Shown here: positions 39,301-48,122 of the stretch, one piece after another | Numbering within the stretch: position 1 is the stretch's first letter | Layout of the letters: each line of letters opens with the position of its first letter | Assembly (NCBI GenBank): GCA_964473485.1 | Contig: CAYYPH010000001.1 | Location: forward strand, 477-64,476 | DNA length: 64,000 nt | Source of the DNA: an uncultured Prolixibacteraceae bacterium | Lineage (GTDB): Bacteria > Bacteroidota > Bacteroidia > Bacteroidales > FEN-979 | Direction: 5' to 3' | Notes under the pieces: generated by a model | The model's database searches: none | Told to the model about the DNA's origin: nothing | What the model saw: only the letters and a program-made list of their open reading frames with translations | Program-made: the position numbers and the translations under genes

Positions 39301-40387
39301 TATTTTACGCGATTCTGATTTTTGCTATTATGCCGACGAAGATACCATTAGTCCGCTCTGGAAAGGACAGCGTTTCCCAATGAATCAATGCATCAGTGGC
39401 TGGGTAATGCTTAACAAACAATCGGTCGCTATCCATAATATCTATACCGATACCCGGATCCCGATTGAAATTTACCGGTCTACTTTTGTGCATAGCCTGG
39501 CCATGGCTCCGATCAGGATAAATGACCCGCTGGGGGCAATCGGAGTATATTGGGGTGTGGAACATGCGCCTTCGCCCGATGAAGTTCAGCTCTTGCAAAC
39601 CCTTGCAGATGCTACTGCAAAAGCTGTCGAAAACATCCAGTTGATTGAGGATTTGGAGGTAAGGATTGACGACCGTACTTCGCAACTTAAAGCGGCAAAT
39701 AAGGAACTGGAAGCATTCAGCTATTCCGTTTCACACGATCTGCGAGCTCCACTGCGCCATATCAACGGCTATGTTGATTTACTGAATGACCGGTTTCAGG
39801 ATGTTTTACCCGATAAGGCCCGGCATTATCTAACTACCATCACCGACGCCTCCAGGCAGATGGGGACGCTGATCGATAACCTGCTTCAGTTTTCAAGAAC
39901 GGGCAGGCAGGAGCTTCGGAAAGTACAGCTGGATATGAAGGAGCTGGTCAATGAGGTGCTTGAAAAAATACGGATTGATACTGAAAACCGACAAATTACC
40001 TGGACTGTTCAGGAACTTCCGTGGGTATTTGGCGATTATTCTTTGCTAAAACAGGTGTGGGTCAACCTGTTAGATAATGCCGTGAAATATTCCAGGTTTG
40101 AAAAATCTGCTGAAATTGCGATTGAGTACCGCGAGGAAAAAGAAAGTTTTGTATTTTTAGTTCGTGATAATGGAGTCGGATTCGACATGAAGTACGCCCA
40201 TAAATTATTTGGTGTGTTCCAGCGCCTGCATTCGCAAAATGAATTTGAAGGGACTGGTATCGGGCTGGCCAATGTACAGCGCATCGTAAACAAACATAAT
40301 GGAAGGGTATGGGCAGAGGCTGAACCAGATAAAGGTGCGACATTTTATTTTAGCATCCCAAAAACGTTGGAGGAATTCCATGATTAA
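36317..40387 (+). CDS. PocR - multi-PAS - GAF - HisKA - HATPase sensor kinase
   Basis: ATG at 36317 (MKIDILKL). PocR-like block DLEGNILSKSGWRKICTEFHR..C..QKC...LVDVAVPVIV. Repeated PAS/PAC blocks end in DITERK. H-box FSYSVSHDLRAPLRHI, G-box GTGIGLA. Confidence 0.85.
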   Translation: MKIDILKLIDFEKVDTLLEGFNKTTGFVTAILDLEGNILSKSGWRKICTEFHRVNPCTSQKCTISDTALANEPGNGEKCHFYECLNGLVDVAVPVIVNGEHIANLFSGQFFFNEPDRTFFKNQAVSNGFDEVEYLKALDDVPVVSMEKVKVALDFLLNMTQLISEMTFHKLEQIELNNAIRKNEQIFRLFVEHSPASIAMFDNQMRYLVASRRFLIDYNLGDQEIIGRSHYEVFPEISENWKTMHRRCLAGEIISAGSDPFPRADGTTDWVRWEIRPWYEAENQIGGIILLSEVITNQVKAHEELIESERHLKNSQKIAHVGSWQLDLATNQVMWTEELYKMYGFDPSLPPPPYTEHMKLFTPESWEKLSASLAITRDKGTPYELELETVKKDGSNGWMWVRGEALRDPAGKINALWGAAQDITERKQIQVELERLLASEQAALKEANKAKENLSQILERISDGFGSLDSDWRYTFVNDKLAESVGRRREEMLGQNIWKVFPEAVGTQVYQAYQRAMKEQMALDLEHYYPPFDRWFHHRFYPSKEGISVFSHDITERKQAKEKLIESEDRFRKIFEEGPLGMVMANMTTGKFISVNKAFCDMLGYSREELSELTFMDVTHPDDRAPDLVGIKKLQEDQIQRYNTVKRYRKKDGEIIWANLSVAKLYSNKEQFHYALGMIEDITERRQAEEKVRLKDIQFRKLSKHVSDLIFQFTRRPDGSYCVPIASEGIRNIFGCAPEDVLADFSPIARVIYPEDAERVIADIEYSAKHLTYFTCEFRVQIPGREVQWIYSKSTPEKLADGSITWYGFNADITDRKRTDDLLRKSEARFKLLFENATFGMVICKLIRDESGKAIDYLHVQVNESLYRHVGIVQQDVLGRLGSEVISKEETAFLVEKFNAVIETGIPSEYLQYLPTFDKTIDMQCIYIEEDYFSVLFFDVTEKEKSQEKIKTLNERLRLLLEAIQNLSTSISLENVMETVRVYARRLLNAEGSTFILRDSDFCYYADEDTISPLWKGQRFPMNQCISGWVMLNKQSVAIHNIYTDTRIPIEIYRSTFVHSLAMAPIRINDPLGAIGVYWGVEHAPSPDEVQLLQTLADATAKAVENIQLIEDLEVRIDDRTSQLKAANKELEAFSYSVSHDLRAPLRHINGYVDLLNDRFQDVLPDKARHYLTTITDASRQMGTLIDNLLQFSRTGRQELRKVQLDMKELVNEVLEKIRIDTENRQITWTVQELPWVFGDYSLLKQVWVNLLDNAVKYSRFEKSAEIAIEYREEKESFVFLVRDNGVGFDMKYAHKLFGVFQRLHSQNEFEGTGIGLANVQRIVNKHNGRVWAEAEPDKGATFYFSIPKTLEEFHD

Positions 40388-40820
40388 ATTAGGAACTATA
40401 TTGCTGGCAGAAGACAATCCACAGGATGTGGAGCTGACCATTGAAGCGCTTGCTGAGCATAACCTGGCCAATAAGGTCGTGGCAGTTGCCGACGGAGTTG
40501 AAGCCATGGAGTATCTTAACTGTGAAGGAAAATTCAAAGACCGTAAAAAGGGTAATCCCGCCGTCTTGCTGCTCGATATAAAAATGCCGCGGTTGGATGG
40601 AATCGAAGTACTGGAGACCATCCGCAAGAGTGAGAAATTTAAATCCCTTCCGGTCGTCATGCTAACCTCCTCGCGTGAAGAACCCGACCTGAATAAATGC
40701 TATGATCTGGGTGTCAATGCGTATGTGGTAAAGCCGGTGAATTTTAAAGATTTTATCGATGCAGTAAAACACATTGGCATCTTCTGGGCAATTCTCAACG
40801 AACAACCGCCAACCAGGTGA
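40380..40820 (+). CDS. Single-domain response regulator (CheY-like)
   Basis: ATG at 40380 overlaps the kinase stop (ATGATTAA). ILLAEDNPQD...LLLDIKMPRLDG...VVMLTSS...AYVVKP. Confidence 0.85.
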   Translation: MIKLGTILLAEDNPQDVELTIEALAEHNLANKVVAVADGVEAMEYLNCEGKFKDRKKGNPAVLLLDIKMPRLDGIEVLETIRKSEKFKSLPVVMLTSSREEPDLNKCYDLGVNAYVVKPVNFKDFIDAVKHIGIFWAILNEQPPTR

Positions 40821-40823
40821 GAA

Positions 40824-42770
40824 ATGGGTGTAAGCAAACAAATCTCAAACATTGAGCTTAAGGTTCTTGTGCTGGAAGATTCCAGGCAGGATCTTGAATT
40901 GATCAGGGAACAATTAATAGACGCAGGATACATTTTAGACCTGACCCATGTAGATAATGAAGCAAGATTTATTGCTTCGTTACGCAAGAGTGGCTTTGAT
41001 ATTATTTTATCCGATTTTAAATTGCCTGGTTTTGATGCGTTTGGAGCGTTGCAGATAAGAAATGAAATCTGCCCTGATGTCCCTTTTATTTGTATTTCCG
41101 GATCCATTGGTGAGGAAACAGCCATCGAACTGCTTAAACTGGGTGCGGTTGATTATGTTTTGAAAGACCGGCCTGATAGATTGCCTTTTGCCGTAAAGCG
41201 GGCACTGGATGAAGCACTAGTGAAATCGGCCCATTTCAGGGCAGCAAAAGCATTGGAGGAAAGTGAATACCGTTTTAAACAGGTTGCAGAGGATGCTCAG
41301 GAATGGATTTGGGAGGTTGATAAGGACGGAAAATATACCTATGCAAGCCCCGTTATTAAGTCATTGCTCGGTTATTCCGCCAGTGAGATTGTGGGTCAAA
41401 AGTATTTTTATGATTTCTTTATTCCTGAAAAAAAGGAAGAACTGAAAGTAGCTGCTTTTGAACACTTTTCAAGAAAAGAATCCTTCCGGCATTTTGAAAA
41501 CCCCAATCTGCATAAAGACGGTCATATCATTATCCTCAACACAAGCGGAAGTCCGATACTTGACGATTCCGGAAATTTGGTGGGCTATCGCGGCGTCGAT
41601 GCCGACATCACCGAAAGAAAAAAGATGATGGAAGAGTTGATTGCCGCTAAAGAAAAAGCCGAACAAAGCGATAAGTTGAAGACAGCTTTTATAAACAACA
41701 TCTCTCATGAACTCCGAACCCCGTTAAATGGCATTTTAGGATTCGGGCGATTACTCACCGAACCGGAACTTAATGCTGATGAACGGATGGATTACTGCAT
41801 CCGCCTTGAAAAATCCAGCCACCGGCTGATGAATACGGTTTCCGACTATATGGACATGGCCCTGATTGTGTCGGGTAGCATGGAAGTGCATAAAAAGGAG
41901 TTTCTCCTGCGACCCTTATTTGACGAAATTATTGAAACCCCCATTCGTTTATGCGCAGATAATAATATTGAGTTTGAGGCTGTAATACAGTCAGTTCCAA
42001 TTGAGATAACACTATACTCCGACCGTGAGTTTATCCGGAAGTCCCTAAATATCCTGTTAGATAATGCCATGAAATTTACAAAGAAGGGGCGCATTGCATG
42101 TGGCTACCGGATAACGGAAGGTTTCCTGGAATTTTTCGTTCAGGATACAGGGAGTGGCATAGCGCCCGATAAACTCGGGATCATTTTCGACATGTTTACC
42201 CAGGCCGATCTCACCAATACACGTGGATATGAAGGCAGCGGACTGGGACTGACCATTGCCCGGGGATTGGTCAATTTGCTTGGAGGCGCCATCCATGTCA
42301 ATTCTGAACAAGGCAAAGGCACTGTTTTTACATTTACAGTGCCATACGCAGTGCCCGAAACTCAAGCTAATCTGTCCGATGCACAAACAACCAGGTCGGC
42401 CAAAGTTTGCAACTTGCAAATACTCATTGTCGAAGACGAAGATTCAAACTACTCTTACATGAAGGCTCTGATGCAGGTGATTGGTTGCCAATACCTCCAT
42501 GCATTGGATGGAGAGGAAGCGGTAGCATTGTGCCGACAGCACAAGGAGATAAACCTGGTGCTGATGGATATCAGAATGCCGGGAATGAACGGGATTGAAG
42601 CTACCCGGCGTATCCGTGAATTCAGGCCCGATCTACCAATTATTGCTACTACTGCCTATGCGCAAACCGGCGACGAACATCGCTTTCTGGCTGCCGGTTG
42701 CGATGGTTACCTTACAAAACCCATTTCGAAAGCGGCCTTGATGGCCTTAATCCAAAAGTACAACCAATAA
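40824..42770 (+). CDS. Hybrid sensor kinase (REC-PAS-HisKA-HATPase-REC)
   Basis: N-terminal REC (ILSDFKLPGFD), PAS ending DADITERK, H-box FINNISHELRTPLNGI, G-box GSGLGLTI, C-terminal REC (VLMDIRMPGMNG...YLTKP). Confidence 0.85.
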   Translation: MGVSKQISNIELKVLVLEDSRQDLELIREQLIDAGYILDLTHVDNEARFIASLRKSGFDIILSDFKLPGFDAFGALQIRNEICPDVPFICISGSIGEETAIELLKLGAVDYVLKDRPDRLPFAVKRALDEALVKSAHFRAAKALEESEYRFKQVAEDAQEWIWEVDKDGKYTYASPVIKSLLGYSASEIVGQKYFYDFFIPEKKEELKVAAFEHFSRKESFRHFENPNLHKDGHIIILNTSGSPILDDSGNLVGYRGVDADITERKKMMEELIAAKEKAEQSDKLKTAFINNISHELRTPLNGILGFGRLLTEPELNADERMDYCIRLEKSSHRLMNTVSDYMDMALIVSGSMEVHKKEFLLRPLFDEIIETPIRLCADNNIEFEAVIQSVPIEITLYSDREFIRKSLNILLDNAMKFTKKGRIACGYRITEGFLEFFVQDTGSGIAPDKLGIIFDMFTQADLTNTRGYEGSGLGLTIARGLVNLLGGAIHVNSEQGKGTVFTFTVPYAVPETQANLSDAQTTRSAKVCNLQILIVEDEDSNYSYMKALMQVIGCQYLHALDGEEAVALCRQHKEINLVLMDIRMPGMNGIEATRRIREFRPDLPIIATTAYAQTGDEHRFLAAGCDGYLTKPISKAALMALIQKYNQ

Positions 42771-42892
42771 CAGCGCCATCATCGGCAAATTACCTGGTAT
42801 TTACCGACAATAAATCGTGTTCAGCGTTTGGATTTGCATTGGGTGAACTCCTCTAACGGCACTGTCGTCCTGATCTTATCGATATAACTTTA

Positions 42893-43219
42893 CTAGTGCG
42901 TCAGAACGTCGGCTAACTGCTCCTGGCTGAAGTCGGCGAAAACCGATTCACCGTATTTCCGGATGGAACTGTCAGGGAACGGGTACATGTCGCCGATCAG
43001 GTTGATGACCAGTTCCGAGAGGTCTTTGAGCTGGTTTTCCTTTGGTTTTGCCAGAATGTAATCCACCAACAGTTCTTTGAGCACACTGTCTTCGATCTTC
43101 GCAAACGAGGGTGTGTACTCGTTCCTACCGGTCTCCTGTAAATCAACTTTGTAGATGTCTGATGATACATCATCAAATGCGATGTATTTGTCACTCCTTT
43201 CCAACTGGAATCCATGCAA
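42893..43219 (-). pseudogene. Possible C-terminal gene remnant (108 codons, no ATG start)
   Basis: The frame is open upstream to a TAG at 43259..43261 and has only TTG as a start. No motif recognised. Confidence 0.3.
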
Positions 43220-43424
43220 TAAAATCTTTTCATTCAGTGTAACCCTTGAAAAGCCTGACTATTTTCAACTCGTTCGTGAATCCGGAGTTTCACGGATTTT
43301 TTAAATTTGCGTTGTCGATGGCAACCATGTCTTGATTCCGTATTAACCGGTTTAGTCACCGAAAAATCTCCTGAAGCGGAATTGGGGCGGGGAACAGCAT
43401 GATCAGCCATCAAAAACTAAGCGG

Positions 43425-44297
43425 ATGTCCAGAATCCTCGCGATCTTTACCCGGCGATTTCCCCGGAACTTCATGGTACAATACCCGCTATGGGGCGCAT
43501 TGATCCTGATGTCATTCTGCTTTCTCTTTGCCCTCCTTTACCGGCCTCAGGACACCCACGCCTCGTGGTATTTCAACTACCCGGCCACCATGGCGATCTA
43601 TTGCCTGCTTGCTTCATCCTTTGTAGGGCTCCTGATGGTGGCGCTGCGAAAAATCCCCTGGTTCTCGGATCATCAACCATGGAGTTTCATAAAGGAAATT
43701 CTTTCCATCGCGATTCTCCTTCTCGGGATGGGGATTGCTATCTATTTCCTGGCTTTTCTGCTTTAAGCTAAAACCGATCGCTGGAACTTTGCAACGCTTT
43801 GGAATTCGTGCAGCACAACCTTCGCGGTCGGAGTGATCCCCTTTGCCTTCTTCACCCTGTCCAATTACCGCTACCTGTTTCTGGCGGAAACGCTAAAGGA
43901 GTTTGCCCCCGATGCGGGTCAAACGGCAAGCGCCGGCAACCGGGAAGAGAAAATACACATCGTGTCGCAGTTAAAAAAGGAGGAACTTAGTTTTTACTCC
44001 AGCGAGTTCCTGTACGCCGAATCCGATGGAAATTACGTTGTTTTCTACCTCACCGGCGATACGGCAGTACGAAAAACGCTCATCCGGAACTCCATTACCA
44101 GCATCGAAAAACAACTCGAACCGATCCCCTGGTTCGTCAGGACCCACCGTGCCTTTATCGTTAACGTTAAAAAAATCCGTTCCAAACAGGGCAATGCCCT
44201 TGGATACCGGCTGAAACTTGCCGGTACGGATTCCGAAATCCCGGTTTCACGACAAAAAGTTTCGGAATTCGACCAGGCCCTGGCGCGTTTTATCTAA
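43425..44297 (+). pseudogene. Membrane LytTR-domain regulator interrupted by one in-frame TAA
   Basis: ORFs 43425..43766 (TM helices) and 43833..44297 (LytTR: FLYAESDGNYVVFYL...FVRTHRAFIVNVKKI) share a frame. Codons 43767..43832 are stop-free. A single TAA lies at 43764..43766. Confidence 0.65.
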
Positions 44298-44469
44298 TCC
44301 ATCCATCCCAAATCCTTGCCGCCGGTCCCATTTTTCCGGTACCGGCCATCGCTGTCTTGCCGCCCGTCACAAATCCTTGCTGTCTGTTTCATTTACTTGC
44401 ATGTCAGTGTTTTAGAATATTATTTTGTCTCCGCAAACCGTGCTATTCAATCACAAAAAAACGAGACAA

Positions 44470-46854
44470 ATGAAAAATCAGATGAAAATTTCCGGCAAAC
44501 AAGCTGTCGTCAGGGTCATGATCCTGGCTTTGTTTTTACACCTTTCAGGCGCTTCAACGCTGTTTTCCCAGGTGGCCACTTCGGTCACAGGCCGCCTGAC
44601 CGACCAACGCGATCAAACCCCGCTTCCTTATACAAATGTTATTCTAACCGATTGCGTCAATGGAACGATGATTGCCGGTACCAGCAGTGATACCGGGGGT
44701 TGGTTTACCATCAATCAGGTGCAGGCCGGTACTTACCGGCTGAAGGTCTCCCTCATTGGTTATGAGACCTTGTCGAAGGAAATCCATGTGGTGGGAAACC
44801 AATCCTTTGACGCCGGAACCCTGTCGCTTTCAGAAAACATCACCGCATTGCAGGAGGTGACGGTGACGGGAATCCGGTCGAAGGGTAAAGCAGAACAGGA
44901 AAAAACGGTCTTTTACATGACCCGGAAGATATACGATGTTTCCAGGAACGGTCTCGATGCGATCAGGCACGCACCTGGGGTGCAGGTCGATCTGCAGCAG
45001 AACATATCCCTCGAAGGAAGCCGCAACATCCTGATCCTGGTTGATGGCCGCGAAACCGACCAGGGTTTTGTAAGCCAGATCAATCCTGAACTGATCGACC
45101 GGGTGGAGGTGATGAGCGCGCCGCCTTCAAAATACGACGCAAATGTAACCGGGGTTATCAATATTGTTTTGAAGAAAGATAAAGATCGGGGCATTGCCGG
45201 AAATATAAACCTGGAAATCCCGACGAGCGCGGCCCTCATCTATAGCCGTCCTTCCGTAAATCTCAGCATCGGTTTGGGGAAAACAAGGATTACCGCATTC
45301 TACAAAGGTGAAATGATCTATGGCAACATCCATGATGTTACGAAACGGACGTGGGTGGTGGGCACAATGCATTCCAGCACCGTGGCCGATCAGCAACTCA
45401 GGCAGGAATACCGGTCACACCGGTTCGAGATGGAAATGGAATGCCAGATTACAAAGAGCGACCGGATGAACCTGAGGGCCTATTACAATCCCACTTCCAG
45501 GTCGCTTAACGGGTCGGTGATCGCTATTTCTGACGGCCAGTCGAATCAGTCATGGGAGAGCGCGAAGATAAACCGCGACCTCCAGTCGACCACCAGCCTT
45601 TCGCTGTATTATCAGCATCATTTCAATGAAAAAGGCGCCGGGATCAGCCTCGATCTTACCGGCAACCACCTTCGTGGTGAATCTTCCACATCCTTCACGA
45701 ACCTCGAATCAGCTCAATCCGGCAGTGCCGCTGATTGCATCAGCAAACCCGGCCAACATTCCATCTGCCTGAAACTGGATGGCGTTGTTCCCATAGCCAG
45801 GGCATGGCGTGTCGATATGGGGGCCAAATGGAAGCGGGTGAACCTCTGGGATGCAACCCTGCCTGATTTTGATCATACGGAACAGACGCTTGCTTTTTAT
45901 GGCTCATTGGGATTCGTACACCCGAAATTTGATTTCAATGCGGGTCTCCGGCTGGAGGATTCCCGTTCGGAAACGGAAGGTTTGTTTTCGAGCCATGTTC
46001 TGGCGATGTTGCCAAGCGTTTCCATGAACCTGCACCTCGGATCGGGGCTGCAGATCCGGTTTTCAGCAGGCCGATCGTTGCAAAGGCCCGGCATCTGGCA
46101 GTTGAATCCCTCGGCAATGCTGGATGATCCGTTCACGATTTCGACCGGAAACCCATTGTTGCGGCCCGAATACCGGACCTTTGCCTGGGTGGAGTACGCC
46201 AAAAAACTTCCGGTCGATTTCTTTTCTGTTCGCCTGTTTTTTGAGGACCACACCGATGTCCTGAATACCCTGATGGTGCAGGGTGATTCAAACGTGTTCG
46301 GAATCGGCTGGAACAACCTCGGCAGGATCAGTCAGGCGGGAGCGCAGGCGCTCGGGACCTTCAACCTTGGAAAATGCATAACCATCAATCCGTTTCTGAA
46401 GGTTTATTATCGTTTAACCACCGGAAACGATCTGGCCCGGTTGCACCAGATCGAAAACCGCGGACAATGGGTTGTTGAATCCGGACTCACCGGCATTGTC
46501 TCCCTCCCGCACGACATGGCCGCCTCGGTGATCGTTCAGTACGTCAGTCCGAAAAACAACATCCAGGACAACAGCCTCAGCGGTCCGCTGTATTTCATCA
46601 CCTTCGACAAAACGTTTAAAAAAGGGTGGAAAGCCGGTATGGTTTGCGGGATGCCGCTGACCCGCCATTTCAACTACAACGGATCAGCCATCAACGGTCC
46701 CGGATTTACCAGCAATTACCGTGGCGACATGCAGGTGCCAGGTTTGCTGCTCAATCTCACGTTAAGTTATCGTTTTGGCGCGGGCAAATTCCTGGGCAAA
46801 TCCGACCGGAAATCAGAGGAACCGGAGTCCATCTATCAGAAGAAAGGCTTCTGA
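44470..46854 (+). CDS. TonB-dependent outer-membrane receptor (CarboxypepD_reg + plug + barrel)
   Basis: Signal peptide from ATG 44470. TGRLTD..PLPYTNVIL..AGTYRLKVSLIGYETL is a CarboxypepD_reg-like fold. Plug block DAIRHAPGVQV. C-terminal Phe. Confidence 0.8.
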   Translation: MKNQMKISGKQAVVRVMILALFLHLSGASTLFSQVATSVTGRLTDQRDQTPLPYTNVILTDCVNGTMIAGTSSDTGGWFTINQVQAGTYRLKVSLIGYETLSKEIHVVGNQSFDAGTLSLSENITALQEVTVTGIRSKGKAEQEKTVFYMTRKIYDVSRNGLDAIRHAPGVQVDLQQNISLEGSRNILILVDGRETDQGFVSQINPELIDRVEVMSAPPSKYDANVTGVINIVLKKDKDRGIAGNINLEIPTSAALIYSRPSVNLSIGLGKTRITAFYKGEMIYGNIHDVTKRTWVVGTMHSSTVADQQLRQEYRSHRFEMEMECQITKSDRMNLRAYYNPTSRSLNGSVIAISDGQSNQSWESAKINRDLQSTTSLSLYYQHHFNEKGAGISLDLTGNHLRGESSTSFTNLESAQSGSAADCISKPGQHSICLKLDGVVPIARAWRVDMGAKWKRVNLWDATLPDFDHTEQTLAFYGSLGFVHPKFDFNAGLRLEDSRSETEGLFSSHVLAMLPSVSMNLHLGSGLQIRFSAGRSLQRPGIWQLNPSAMLDDPFTISTGNPLLRPEYRTFAWVEYAKKLPVDFFSVRLFFEDHTDVLNTLMVQGDSNVFGIGWNNLGRISQAGAQALGTFNLGKCITINPFLKVYYRLTTGNDLARLHQIENRGQWVVESGLTGIVSLPHDMAASVIVQYVSPKNNIQDNSLSGPLYFITFDKTFKKGWKAGMVCGMPLTRHFNYNGSAINGPGFTSNYRGDMQVPGLLLNLTLSYRFGAGKFLGKSDRKSEEPESIYQKKGF

Positions 46855-47226
46855 CCTTTATAGAATGAAAACAGGAGACGGATAGACATGCATTTTGCTT
46901 TTTGACAACAACCCGCAAGATACCCCCATTCAATCAAGAAGTCGTCATTTTTGTACTAACGGATTATGGTTCGCGTGGCGACCGTCAGCGATCACCCGAT
47001 GAAGGTTGTATTGATACAAAGCAACGCTACCAGGTGTAGTTTTGGCCCACATAACATCACATGAACATTCTGGTGCTGATGAGACGAACAAAACGGTTGT
47101 TGCGGGTTCATTACTGCGTAATCTCAAAATTATCGCTTTGTATAACAAAAGGATCGGGATGTTATTTAAAATCAAAATAAATTATCTGACATTTAGTTAC
47201 CTAATTGCATAAATAAGAAAAAACAT

Positions 47227-47234
47227 TTATGTTT
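47227..47234 (+). promoter_or_regulatory. Bacteroidota -7 promoter box TATGTTTG upstream of the nar operon
   Basis: Matches the TAnnTTTG consensus and ends 33 nt before ATG 47268. Confidence 0.35.
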
Positions 47235-47267
47235 GCAAACACTAACATGGCTTAAAATCCGTAAGAT

Positions 47268-48098
47268 ATGATTTTAATTCAAAGGGTTTTGATAGCGCTT
47301 GCGTTTTGTCTGATTACTATTCATGGCTCATCTCAGAATGGGGCTGAGCTCTACAAGCGCCACTGTGCGGCCTGCCATTCGATCGGAGGTGGCCGTCTCG
47401 TAGGGCCCGACCTGGCGGGTGTCACCAAAAAGGCCGACAAGGTCTGGCTGACAAAATTCATTAAGAATTCGGCCGATATGATAAAAAGCGGGGATCCTGC
47501 GGCAGTGGCTATCGGCAAGGAATACAACAATCTGCTGATGCCGCCTTACAACGGCACCGATAATGAAGTGGCGGCCATCATCGGCTTCATCGACTCGAAA
47601 GGCGGTTCGGCGCAGTCGGCCGCAGCCGACACCTTTCTGAGTGCCGCCTCTGTTGACCATGTCGCACGTGGCAGGGCGCTTTTTTCCGGGACTATACCTT
47701 TTAACAATGGTGGTTCTTCCTGTATCACCTGTCATTCCGTTCACGACGTAGCCGGGATGGGGGGCAGCCTGGCCAAAAGCCTGAATCTCTCTTACTTCAT
47801 GTTAAAGGGACAAGGTATCAAAGCCATGCTTCAGTCGCCTCCTTTTCCGGCCATGACCAACGCCTATGCGACTCATCCGCTGAACGACCAGGAGATTTAC
47901 GACCTCTCCGCCTATCTGAAAAGTATTTCACAAACAATGATCAAAGGAGAGGCAACCCGGGCAACGTTTCCTTTCCTGCTCCTGGGAATCGGGGGCTGGT
48001 GCCTTTTCGTGTTGTTGCTGTTTGGATTATGGCGGCTGAGAAAGCGGTTCAGCGTGAATCACGCGATATTTTCGCGCCAGCTGGCCACTGAAAAATAA
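47268..48098 (+). CDS. Membrane-anchored dihaem cytochrome c (NarC-like position)
   Basis: Signal sequence, two CxxCH sites (CAACH, CITCH), C-terminal TM helix FPFLLLGIGGWCLFVLLLFGLW. It lies immediately upstream of narG. Confidence 0.7.
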   Translation: MILIQRVLIALAFCLITIHGSSQNGAELYKRHCAACHSIGGGRLVGPDLAGVTKKADKVWLTKFIKNSADMIKSGDPAAVAIGKEYNNLLMPPYNGTDNEVAAIIGFIDSKGGSAQSAAADTFLSAASVDHVARGRALFSGTIPFNNGGSSCITCHSVHDVAGMGGSLAKSLNLSYFMLKGQGIKAMLQSPPFPAMTNAYATHPLNDQEIYDLSAYLKSISQTMIKGEATRATFPFLLLGIGGWCLFVLLLFGLWRLRKRFSVNHAIFSRQLATEK

Positions 48099-48122
48099 TG
48101 TAATCAATCCAATATACTACCG

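Noticed and set aside
43279-43306. Hairpin aatccg-gagtttca-cggatt followed by a T-run (plus strand), resembling a terminator
   Set aside because: No plus-strand gene ends upstream of it. The stem is short (6 bp) with an 8-nt loop. It could terminate an unknown sRNA, but there is no support from sequence alone.
47076-47090. CTGATGAG...CGAA resembling a hammerhead ribozyme core
   Set aside because: The sequence after CUGAUGA forms only a 5-bp AACAA/UUGUU hairpin and is not followed by the required GAAA junction or stems I and III. It is most likely chance.
47162-47175. TTATTTAAAATCAA as a possible FNR/CRP-type box upstream of the nar operon
   Set aside because: Only the right half-site (ATCAA) matches TTGAT-N4-ATCAA. 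The left half has two mismatches in an AT-rich background.
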